This document shows, piece after piece, positions 48,057-60,195 of a DNA stretch of 64,000 bases. Every line of letters begins with the position of its first letter. Positions within the stretch are counted from its first letter, which is position 1. A model generated the notes under the pieces. That model was not told the DNA's origin and made no database searches. It saw only the letters and a program-made list of their open reading frames with translations. A program made the position numbers and the translations under genes. The stretch lies in NCBI GenBank assembly GCA_977030845.1, contig OZ365111.1:38688001-38752000 (forward strand), in the 5' to 3' direction. The stretch is from Fimbriosthenelais zetlandica. Lineage: Eukaryota.

Positions 48057-50279
48057 CTTCCCCCCCCCCCCATTATCGACCGTGTTTCCTACCACCACAG
48101 GCCCACATTGAAAGTCTGTCTGTATGTCAGTCTCTCTGTCCCTGGCAGGACCACACTGAAGAGGACAACAAATCGACAGTCATAGCAACAGCTGTATGAT
48201 ATCATTGTACCTTATGGTAGGCCTACTCATTCCCTACCAAACAACAATTAGGCCTAAGGTCTGCCCTGGAGTGGAGCCATAGGCGCAACGGAAGTGGCAG
48301 ACCGTACAGAGGACAGCATATTATGTAGGCTAATCTTTTCTTCACCTTCATAATCGGGCGTGCACTGCACGCACAAACAGACATAGGCCTATTTTATCAT
48401 GTTGTCACCCCAATAACTACACAACATGAAAGCAGCAGTAAGGCTCTTACTAAGGGTGCCTGTAGTCTACAAACTTAGGCCTACTCAATTCCCTACTTTC
48501 ACATAATATTATGACTTCCCTCCTTCTAACTCAACTATCACTTATAAATGCATACTTTCTCACAGGCAACCCAGGGCAAGTACAAAAAAAGTATATATAT
48601 ATTGCTAGTACATGCTACTATACTGGATTCAGGACTGCATCCATTAGAGTTGTTCCCTATTCCCAACAGTTGGACGTCCTGCACTGTAGAGGCAAAGCCA
48701 AGAAGGGTCTCTACTATATCAGGCTCATAACCAAACGATCTCTTTTAATTTGACACGCCAAAAATAAACTAAATCAGCCTGCCTGCATGTACAGTAGGGC
48801 TGCATGCATGGTGTCGGTTAGGCCAGAGTAAACAGTAAATCGTTGTTCTTTTTTATACTGGCTAGTTATTGTTTAAGAGGAAATTACCAAGTCAAAAACA
48901 GATTTATTCACATGTAAGAGTACTCAATAAAACTGACTATTTGTGTTACGGTAGATAGGTCTATTTTTCAGTAGGCCTACTGACTTAGATTCATTGGATG
49001 ATTGATTCTGGTGAAATTAGTTTATTCAGCCTTATCCAAATAAAACTGGGAAACCTCATTTACATACGACAGTAGCAAGCAGTGCATAGGCGTCTACAGT
49101 GGGAAATACTGTTGTCCTACAGTTGGATCCTACAGTAGCTAGGCTAGGCTTCAAGTCAACATGAGGGACAGGGTAAGAGGTAGAGATGCAGTAACATATC
49201 ATGCCTACCCTAGCCTAGCCTACAGCAAACCTCTATGGCAGTGATAATGACAGGACTGGAGTTTTTAACAGCCATCCTGAGAATCTGACCTTTTTTGAGG
49301 ACTTCCCGCAAATTACCCATCCAAAAGTACCCCTTAAAAACCAGAAGAGCATATCCTAAAATTTGTTTATAAACCAATTATAAAATTTTCTAGAATGATA
49401 GGCTATGATAGGAAATATGCACTCTAAAATAAAGTCATCAACCCTCTACAAGTTCCGTTCTCTTCATTGGAAATATACCCTTTTTTACCTTTAAATTTCC
49501 AAGGAGGAAAATGTTGAAAAGTAACTATTCTCCTTGAAATGAAATTCTCCTTGAAATAATATTGAGAATGAGCCTACCTACCAACTCCAGTCCAGTGCTC
49601 CCCCCACCCCCCGACACACCCACCACCACCCTAACCCCATTGGTTTGGTTTGGTATAGCCTCAGCCTGAAAAGTAATTCAATGTTACCTTACTGTCATCA
49701 TCTACCCAGCTGATCTGGGTAATTTCGGGCGTGTCAAGTTAGGTGGGATTGTTTGGCTATGAGCCTGTTACATCACAGGCACTTGTAAGATTTACCTCTA
49801 CAGTTCAGGGCGTCCAACAGTTGGGAGTAGGGAACAACTCTATTCTAAGCACGCCTAGGTGATGTGGCAATGGTGTCTTTGACACCTATGCTGCCACCTA
49901 GTGAGCAATGGGCGTTTCATTATCCAGCTATACTTAGATTGCAGTATATAGTCCCAGTATGACTAAATAATGATTATTTGATCATCTAAGGGGAAGGGGT
50001 TTGAAATAGAATTCTTTATTTTTTTACATTAACAAAAATTCACCCTCTCCTAGGACCCCCTCCACCCGGGAACCCCCTATAGGCCTAGTGCCTAGATGTG
50101 TCCGGCTCACGCTCACGGACGGACTCCCAATAACCCCGGTGAGTCAAGAGGGGGGTCGTTTTAAGTCGGGCCCAAAGACTCCTCAAGGGGTCGCTGGGAG
50201 GCCCAGGAGGAAAATTCCAACGGCGACGTCGCCCACGTCCACCGCAGCAGTCCTTCCTTCTGTCTGCCTCGATCCATCA

Positions 50280-52650
50280 CAATGCACAAGCCATCTTTAT
50301 TAATCACGAATAAATGCAGACAATTGTTCATACATTCTTTAAAAGATCGCATTTCTTAAGGAGGTCCGTAAGTTGAATCATGTAGGCTACATGTATACAG
50401 TGGTAACGATCTTCAGTCATAAGATGTAGCAAATCTTCAACAAAAGTGGTAGGACATCTCTTTCATAGTGCTGATCCCAAGACCCAGGGCCGAAGGACAA
50501 GCAAGGTTTCACTGCCATGGCATCCTGCATATCTCGAACAGTTCAGCGAAGAATCTGGAAAAAGGGAAAATAATCAAATTTATTTAGAAAAAACACGATA
50601 ATCTAATAAAACATTTTTTACACATGCATAAAGAGTTGAGTTTTAATTTCTTTAGAACATAAATATAATGTATAAACTAAATATATAATATGAAATTTCA
50701 ATTTGAAACATACCTTGGATTGGAAAATGCCAGTGGAATTCGGGTGCATCTACATGTCCTATTCTTGAATACCACTACCAATGGAACGTCAAGCTGGAAA
50801 AAGACAATATATAATATAGATATCGTGATAATATCAACACACAAATATCGATTTAGAACTTTCCATTTTTTAGGTTTAAAAAAAAATAATAAAAAAAACC
50901 CCACAATATGATAAAGAAAGACAAATGTTATTTTCTTACCAATTAAGGAATGATGAACAGCGTCAGAGATGACTTGGCTGAAGTAGGGCGACAACGACGA
51001 CGACGACGCCGATGATGATCCACGATGGTAACCCAACACACGTAAAAAAATACCCCAAAAAACCTGGGGGTCCTTATCTAGGGGAGAGGATGATCAACTA
51101 AACTATACATCAAGATGGAAAATACTACTATATACCAATCATAAAAAACTAAATTATGGAATTATTTTTAGAGGCGGCAACTGTAGGGCATCTTGGCAGG
51201 AGCGGTAGTTGGTCGACTCTCATCCACTGCTCTTCCGTAGGCTGTGAAAAAAAAACACGAGAAAAACTAAGTCATTTTTCATAATACCTGTCCATATGAT
51301 GTCAGGATCTGTGTATCATATATTATAAAGGATCCATGTATTAAGAAACTTATAAGCAAATCAGTAAAATATACCAAATATATTCTACTTACATATTATG
51401 TAGTAAACTATAGTAGGCTGAAGCCCATGACGTTGAATTCCTGGTAGAAAGAGCGAACAACATACAACATGTCTTGCAAAGACATCAAGGATCCTGGAAC
51501 AAATACGGCAGCCATGAGTGATCTATTTCTAAATCAACTATTAACATAATATTTGAACAAGGATATTTTAAACGTTAGGTCAATATAGGAGATATCATTC
51601 CTATAAACGAATAAATCAATATGGTTTATATTAACCTAAAAGTATTAAACAAATTATTATGTTCTTTATCTGGAATATTATATATGTGTACATCTATTAA
51701 TTATATTCAAAGTATAGTTTACCTCAGATCGAGGTTGGACTCGGCAGAAATCTGTTCCCACCTATAGAGGTAGGCCTATTTACGGACATTCTTCAACCCT
51801 AAAAATGAAATGCACTGTTTTAATACATAGAAGACAAGACATCCCCGTAGATATTATATTATGAACTAATTAATTATTAATGAGTTCATAAATATTACAT
51901 ATAATTAGCCATATCTGGGCTAGGATCTGGGCGAGGTACCCCTACATACTCGTAGATATTATATTAAGAACTCATTAATATTTCATATAATTATCCATAG
52001 CCTATCTGGCCGAGGTGGAAATATAAAGAATTTAGGATTTTGTACTAAATTCATGAGAATCGGGAAAGGAAATTCGGTAGGAAATAAAAATCTTTCAATC
52101 ATGCAGACGAGTCATAGATCTCTAGTCTAATCTCTACATTCTCAAGTTCAAGGTTCCAATTGAGTAGGCCTATAATAACATTACACAGAATTTAGTTGAA
52201 ATTAGCCTATAATTCTCCCGTCCAAATGTAAGTGTCAGGCAAAAATAAGAAAGAAACTGATTTTTCAACCTCCCCTACCACGCTGACCAGCGCCCTCCGG
52301 ACCCGGGCTTTATTATATATAATTGTTCTGTTTTCTTTAGTAAACTAATTGTAATCAAACTTCATATTCTCCCGATTGAAACTATAAAACTAATTGCTCC
52401 ATCTAACTTAAAATCCACGGAAAATAAACTCCAACTCAACTCAACTGTGTATCAAGTTTACTCACAAAAATTACAGGCAAATTAAGTAAAATTCAATAAA
52501 AACAAACCTTACCTTTCTTGTCGACAGCCTAAAATCCTCTCCGACCTTCTCATGGCTATATTGTGGTTGTAATTACCTAAATTGGTGGTAAAATCCATAT
52601 CGGAAATTATAATTTCAAAGAGCGTCCAGAGAGCGTCTTGTTGTTGTGTT
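50280..52650 (-). ncRNA. Candidate spliced minus-strand transcript (lncRNA or micropeptide gene); exons ~52650-52513, 51761-51723, 51522-51393, 51241-50940, 50793-50714, 50554-~50280
   Basis: Chain of donors (gtaagg, gtaaac, gtaagt, gtaaga, gtatgt) and acceptors (ctatag, aaatag, ttcacag, tttccag twice); AATAAA at 50301-50296; longest spliced ORF is 64-79 aa and ends in exon 3. Confidence 0.6.
51846..52017. repeat. Degenerate ~105-bp tandem duplication in intron 1 of the minus-strand transcript
   Basis: cgtagatattatattaWgaact...atctggScgagg occurs twice. Confidence 0.7.
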
Positions 52651-52690
52651 GTTTGGCGGCCATTGAACCGGAAGTGACGGCGTTGCTAGG
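52650..52690. promoter_or_regulatory. Candidate bidirectional housekeeping-type promoter
   Basis: YY1-like GGCGGCCATT (52655-52664), ETS/GABP + CRE half-site CCGGAAGTGACG (52668-52679); first-exon-type donors on both strands (52512 minus, 52739 plus). Confidence 0.55.
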
Positions 52691-55600
52691 ATTGAAGGTG
52701 CATGTTCTGAGTAAAAGACGGATGGAGATAGTTAACAGGTAGGACATCAACATTATCATTCCTTATTATTGCTAAAAAAAAAAAAAGCTAGAACATTTGG
52801 TGGAGTGAATTTTGAAGCCCAACAACATCAAAATATTTTATATCTAGGTCATATGATGGCGTAAATGAAAGGTAAACATAATAAATGGTAAAAATCTGGG
52901 TGCCACAGGCAAAATATGGATCCTTTCAATCGTCTGCAGGAATCACGGGGCAGCGTGGGCAGCACGGAGGGCTTCACGGGGGCGATGACGGGCGGCAAGG
53001 GACATCACGGTAAGGGGACATTTTTGTATCAATTCAGTTTCAAGTAAGGCAGCAGAAGGTCTTATTTGATCTATTCATATATGCATTATGACTCGGAAAA
53101 CTCGCCTGCAATGGTTTTATTTTAAAAGCGACACCAATAGATTTTTAATAGTGACACGTGACATAATCAATTTATCAATTATAGTGACATGCGACACGAT
53201 TACTTCATTTTAAAAACTGACATGCGACATAGAACAAATTCTTATTGTGTGACATTTTGTCTCAGGCATTCAAAAAGGGGTACCCTTGTAGGCCCTACAC
53301 CCCTAATAGTGGCCCTCACGCTGCAATCACACTGAAACTGTCAAAACATATTCGATATTTTCTCACTATGATGGAGTTACATAGCTTTAATAAATAAAGA
53401 TAATACATGATGGGACAAGATGGTGCGTGTAACATTGTATTTGGCCATTTGATTGAATAATATATTTGAAATGTGGCTGGGGCTTGTTTCATAACAATGG
53501 TTGAGTCTATGAAACAGACTCCTGCATGGGTATTATATAGAGTCAGTAAGAACCCATGTTCAATTTTCTAGTTTGGTTCCTAAGTCTCATCATTAGCTCC
53601 AAGTCCCGTCCAACTTGACCATCTGCCGAGAAGGATATGCATTCTGTATAGATGAACTCTTGAGAAAAACATGCTTGAACCCACACATCCACTCAGGATG
53701 GACACCTTTTATACACAGACCCACACATTCTGCGCTCCCTACCCACGCCTGGTATAGCCCCCGACTGTGCTCAGGGCGAGCTGGTGAGGCCAAACAAATT
53801 CAAGCTTATCCCTTCGGATACCCCATGTACATAATAATTATTTTGTTATTAATCGCATGATACTATATTAAATGTTATTTATATTAAATTGAAAGACATT
53901 GTTTAATGTAAAATTGTTCAAATTAAGAAGATTCAAGACCCAATGCATATAGCCCATCTCTTGTGTGTACATAATATGTTATTTTTTCATATTAATCGCA
54001 TATATCGCAATTTTGTTGTATTTAATTTAAAGACTAGAGATAGTAATATTCATTTTCATTTAATATTAGAAACAAATTATATTTTATTAAAACACTTCTA
54101 CGTAGGCCTATTTATTTATTGGTTTAGCCTATAAATCTATGATGAAAGCATGGAGGGGAGTCCGTTCAATCTGCCCCATGGAGATCTTATCTCAAGTATT
54201 GGATGTTTTTCTATGTGGATTTGGTGTTGAGAAATGGTATAGAGCCGCCTCATCCTGTGGCAGGAGAAGATTATAGTGAGACACTACATGGACTCGTATA
54301 TCTGATCAATTTCCACAATCAATCAACATCCCTCAGTGTGTGTGTGTGTGCTGACAAATGATCTGTAAAACGCCAGCGGTATCCAGCGGCAGCTTTTCTG
54401 TGAACACATTTTATTATTGATGTGTTCTTGCTATAGTAAACTGTAATTCATATTAGTTACCGGATAAATACTATGCGCACAAGTCTCTCGACTGGGATCG
54501 AAATAGTGACAAAGTGTCATTATGAAAAAGTTTCATTATTTGTGTCCGCAAGATTTGAGGTACACAAACGGGAAGAATGCGCACAGTGCGCAGGGAATCC
54601 CCAATTTTCCATGTAGGCCTATGTACTAGCGTACGCATTTATGTACGCATGTTTTGCGAATGCCGACGATTGCATACATATTGCGCAAACGCTGCGCACA
54701 TAAGCGTACACAAACGGGACGAGTGTGTGCAAATTTATAGGAGGTATCAGGTTACCGAAAATAATTTTTCAAAATCTTCCGTACCTATGTCAGCTAGTCT
54801 GGTTACTATCTCGGTCGTGGAAACGTGAACTTAGAATCCTGTAGATTCTATTTTAACACAAAAAACTAAACCCTCACGGTAGGGTTGGGTTTACAAGTTT
54901 GTCTTTTTCCCCTCGGTGCCAAAAGTTTAATGAAGTTTACCGTTTTTTAAGGATCATTAAGTTTCGTCTGGCGAATCTTTAAGGCGCTGAACATCTTTGC
55001 TAAATGGGACATTTGCCAGAATTTTCCCCATAGGCTTACAACCTAACAATAATATAGGTCTACTCGATTTAAAAGTGAGTTTCCTTTAAGAGGTACATTT
55101 TTAATAGTGCAAATATTATCAATATTGGATCCATTTTAGTCTAGTTGACAAGCATATTGACATATTTGATTCACAAAATTTGTTATTGATCTGTGAGAAA
55201 GTAGTAAATTCCTTATATTCCCATTAAATATTAATGAATTCCCATTAAACAATGTTGTACTTCCGGTAGTAAATAGTTATTTTCGTGTAGGGAGAATAAT
55301 ATTATAATATATAACCCACCAAATATTATTATAATTTTTAATTGAATACAAACATATCAAAATATACCATTGTCGATGAAGAACAGGCCTGTACATTGTA
55401 TTATCGTTACCCGATACATACAACGCATAGAACCTAAAGTGTACTTAATAGTACACGTATAGAAATAAGATATTAATTCATTCGGATGTGGATGGCAACA
55501 ACGTCTGATGTTTCACCTTAGAAATTAATCATTTCGACTAATCGATTATAGCGGAAAGGATCGTCAATATTTCATAAACTTTTGATCTGGAAGTGGACCC

Positions 55601-55719
55601 ACTGCAGTTGTTACAACACTTATAGGCATAATTATTGTGCTGCGGACTTTGCCTTTGGATCTAGTATATTAGGCCTATTGCTTGCGATTTGATAGATTGT
55701 ATGGATGTAAAATGAAGAA

Positions 55720-58700
55720 ATGCTGTCCTTTCGCTACATGATGGATGTATTTATGGACGGAAGAGGAATTATCTTGCTTATTTTAACTTTTAAACTAAGC
55801 AGAATAGTGGTAAGCCTGCAACCTGTAGCTTACCCTACTACAAACCTAGGGAAACCACTTGTGCACCGTTAATTCAAGAGTCTTAGCTTTTGTTCCGGAT
55901 GAACATTTTAAATAAGCTTTATCATGGGTTTAGAATTAAAAAGCAAGTTCAAATTTTTGAAGTTTGAAAGCTTTTTATTTTTACCAATTACATTTTACAA
56001 TGTATTTCCAGGCAGATTGTATCACAGTTTTCATTCAAAAATTTTAACAAAAAAATTGTTTTTCTCTTCTATAAAATACAACAAATTTTACTGCGATATT
56101 TTGAATATTTTCATTTAGAGTAAAAATATGTAGCCTACCTTAAAACAGTTATTATCCAGAAAACCTTTACTAGACTGGTACAATTTTCAGGAAAAGTGAA
56201 CAGGTAAGGCATTTTTTAGGAAAAGTTGGCAAACAAGTGTTTTAGGGGTATTCGGGGGCACTGAAAAAGAATATCTTGTTTGCCAATCTCAATTTTTAGT
56301 TTGAAACGCTCTGTTGCCTAGTAACCGCCCAAAAATTGACATTTCCTTGGCAACGGGTCAAATAAATATACATGATTGCAGAAAAATTTGTGGAAATTGT
56401 ATTAGTGGCTCATATGCTTTCAAATGGCCATATTAGTTTTTTTGTAACATCACTCTGTTGCCTAGCAACAAGGCATAACTTTTCAGTCCAGCCTAGCAAC
56501 TGAACACCCATGCTTAATAATCACACCTCCCTTGTAAAATGTTTTGTCCTACCAAACATGAAACACTTTATTAATGTTAATAGACATCACAAAGAGGGCA
56601 ATAGTAGTTTTTTTAAACAATTTTACTCAATTGTTGCCTAGCAACCACGGCAAAATTCATAATCAAACACATTTTTTGGTAACAAGAATCTTCATAGGCC
56701 TATACATCAAAAAATGATATTTGCCATGCAAATAATGTAATTCTGACTTCACCTACCCCCACTAAATCGACCCCAAGGATTCTAATGGTACCCTTCTTTT
56801 GTTGCTATGATGGGTGGTTGCCTAGCAACAAACTTTCCATATTATAAAATTTCCTTAGCAACCATGAAAAATCTTGGTCATAGCTCAGATGTACCACTCT
56901 TATCACCTAGTACATTACTTTCAAATAATTCGCACGTCTTTAAAACCAGTTTTAAGTGATTTTGCTTCCCTAACAACAGGTATATTCGGAATTATGTCCA
57001 TAGAAACCTATACTATTAAACTTCATATGGATATTAGTCCATGGGCCAGACTCCAAAATTTGACATATTGGTACCTCCTGGGGTGGCAAATTCTAAGTAC
57101 ATGTACATATATGCATTTCTCATAGGGGACCACTTGCACTTTATGAAAATCCATGATTGTCGTTCCAGATAAGTAGCCTAAGCTCAGAAATGAGCTGTTT
57201 CCATGGCAACAAGGCAACAATCTTTTATGAAATTCTGAAAAAATACGTTATAGAGCATAACTTCATAAGAAATAGTCGTAGGATGCTAAAATTTGATATG
57301 TTGATGTATCAAGCCAAGATAATTGCCCATACTTATAATTAGCATGGAGGGGCTGAACCATGAGCAGGGCTCCGGGCCTAGATCATGAGCAGGACGACCT
57401 GGACCACGGCTTCGAGGGACTGAACCATGGGCAGAAGGCCCTGGGCCATGATCTGGAGGCCCTGGCCCACGGACTTGATGGCTTTTAGAATTTTAAATCA
57501 TGATTCTATCTCAACTAGGTCCAAAGATATGAAAGTTTAAGATTTTGGTTGACGGCCATCATGAAATCCAAGATGGCGTCCAAAAGAGAATGTTTCTCCT
57601 GTTTTTATATGAAAAAGGATAAGAAAGTGTTCTCTCTGCCAAATTTGGTGATTTGTTCATGGGCTAGGACATATAATGATCCTTGGCCTAGGCATATATA
57701 GCAGCGTCATATTAAAACTAAGGGGCAGGTATATATAACATATCCATATATAGAGTTTAATTGTATATAGGTTTCTATGGACATAATTCCGAATATACCT
57801 GTTGTTAGGGAAGCAAAATCACTTAAAACTGGTGTTAAAGACGTGCGAATTATTTGAAACTAATGTACTAGGTGACAAGAGTGGTACATCTGAGCTATGA
57901 CTGAGATTTTTCATGGTTGCTAAGGAAATTATAATATGGAAAGTTTATTGCTAGGAAACCACTCATCCTAGCAACAAAAGAAGAGTACCATTAGAATCCT
58001 TGGGGTCGATTTAGTGGGGGTAGGTGAAATCAGAATTACATTATTTGCATGGCAAATATCATTTTTTGATGTATATGAAGATTCTTGTTACCAAAAAATG
58101 TGTTTGATTATGAATTTTGCCGTGGTTGCTAGGCAACAATTGAGTAAATTTTTAAAAAAAACTACTATTGCCTTCTTTGTGATGTCTATTATCATTAATA
58201 AAGTGTTTCATGGACTTGGAAATATATCCATAGGCATATATAGCAGGGTCATATTAAAACTAATGCGCAAGTATAATATACCATATCCACATGGAGTATA
58301 ATGGTATATAGGTTTCTATGGACATAATTCCCAATATACCTGTTGTCAGGTAAACAAAATCACTTAAAACTGATGGCAAAGACGTGCAAATTATTTGACA
58401 CTAATGTACTTGGTGACAAAGAGTGGTACATCTGAGCTATGACTAAGATTTGTCATGGTTGCTAAGGAAATTATAATATTGAAAATCTGTTGCTAGGCAA
58501 CCACTCATCCTAGCAACTATTAGCATACCATTAAAATCCTTGGGATCGATTTAGTGGGGGTAGGTAAAATCAGAATTACATTATTTGCATAAGAAATATC
58601 ACTTATGGACATATAAGAAGATTCTTGTTACCAAATAATATGAATTTTGCGTTGGTTGCTAGGCAACAAGTGAGTAAAATTGTTTAAAAAACTACTATTG

Positions 58701-60104
58701 CCCTCTTTGTGATGTCTGTTATCATTAATAAAGTGTTTCATGTTTGGTAGGACAAAACATTTTACATGGGAGATGTGATAATTAAGCACGGGTGTTTGGT
58801 TGCTAGGTTGGACAGAAAAGTTATGCCTTGTTGCTAGGCAACAGATTGATTTTACAAAAAAACTAATATTGCCATTTGAAAGCATATGAGCCACTAATAC
58901 AATTTCCAAAAATTGTTTTGCAATCATGTATATTTATTTGACTCGTATCCAAGGAAATATCAATTTTTGGGCGGTTGCTAGGCAACAGAGCGTTTCAAAC
59001 TAAAAATTGAGATTGGCAAACAAGATATTCTTTTTCAGCGCCCCCGAATACCCCTAAAACACTTGTTTGCCAACTTTTCCTCAAAAATGCCTTAGGGACT
59101 TTTTAGAGCGACATTTCTGAATATTTAGACTAGTCTATACCATACTTATTTATTTTGTTTAAAAATACATGTATGTAATTCTGATTTTTTTAAATCTTTC
59201 AGCCTGCCCAAAGTGATCCATGTGAAGGTAACTGCCGTGGCAAATCTACTTCTTTATCTTCTTTAAAAATTAAATTATAAATGTCACCGGTCAAGATTTT
59301 TAGTAAAATGCATCAGTCTGAGTTCACTTATAACGTTTTCATTAGAAGAATAACCTTATGACATTCTAATTACTCAAAATTCTTCTCTGTCACTCCCTTA
59401 CTCACACACTCTCCTTAAATTCTCGCTCGCTCTCGCTCTTTTTCATACCATTTCACTTTCCAGATCTGCTCTTTTTGTATTGCATTGTAGATTGCTTCCA
59501 GCCTCACACTGGACCATTTCCCTCTGCGGCCGGTCCGAATATACAGATTGACATAAACCGACCCCTCACTTGTACGGCCAAGATCACGTCTGTAGAAGTC
59601 TTTTCCGTGAATATTGGTTCGGTTTGGTTGGACTTCTGGCAGAATCTAGCGGACGGGGACTACCTGCTAGTGCGAAGTGAGCGCCTTGACACTACCACCA
59701 CTGGTTCCTATATCGAGTTTGATATTGACCCCATCATCGTGCAACCTGGTTTTGTGACAGGGTATCACTTTCCAGATGGTCCTGGCATTGTGGGGTATAA
59801 GGCAAGCGCCCCGGAAGTTGATTACTTTACGGGCATTTTTTATGGTAATCCCCTCTTCTCCACTGAGGGGGGTTTGAAAATCTCAAACATTGTAGATGCC
59901 GGACATCCAGTAAATCACGCAAACCGCGCCTACTCCCTCCGTCTCAACATGATATGTAGTGAGTTTTATTTGATTATAATTTTATAATCCTTTAATGATA
60001 TTAAAAGACACTAGTATGCCTTATAATGTAGTGTTTTAAAAACAAAAAAAAATTATTTATCCTGATATGCCCCTGTAGATCTGGGTACAATGACGTCACA
60101 GTGA
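55720..60104 (+). CDS. Candidate small secreted protein of unknown function (~190-200 aa); exons 55720/55753-55809, 59203-59227, 59491-59958, 60079-60104
   Basis: Canonical GT-AG sites with matching phases (0, 1, 1). Joined protein: MDGRGIILLILTFKLSRIV-PAQSDPCE-DCFQPHTG...AYSLRLNMIC-NLGTMTSQ*. The 468-nt exon is a non-repetitive, beta-strand-like ORF and is well supported; the flanking exons are less certain. Confidence 0.6.
56205..59094. mobile_element. Large foldback / non-autonomous DNA-transposon-like element with ~800-bp inverted arms and an internal ~540-bp tandem duplication
   Basis: 56205-~57013 is the reverse complement of ~58304-59094 (ends TAAGGC...GCCTTA); ~57690-58213 duplicates ~58231-58743; many GTTGCCTAGCAAC-type palindromes; no ORF. 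Confidence 0.85.
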
Positions 60105-60195
60105 CTGATGAATATAGGCATAATCCTTCAAGCTGTTTTCTTTGTGTTGAAAGCGTGTTGCTAAGGGGTTTATGTTGGGTTTATATCACACTATC

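Noticed and set aside
49661-49701. Minus-strand C box (ATGATGA) and D box (CTGA) pair; a similar pair at ~47650-47690
   Set aside because: Only ~25-30 nt between the boxes, no terminal stem and no recognisable rRNA guide; too short for a C/D snoRNA.
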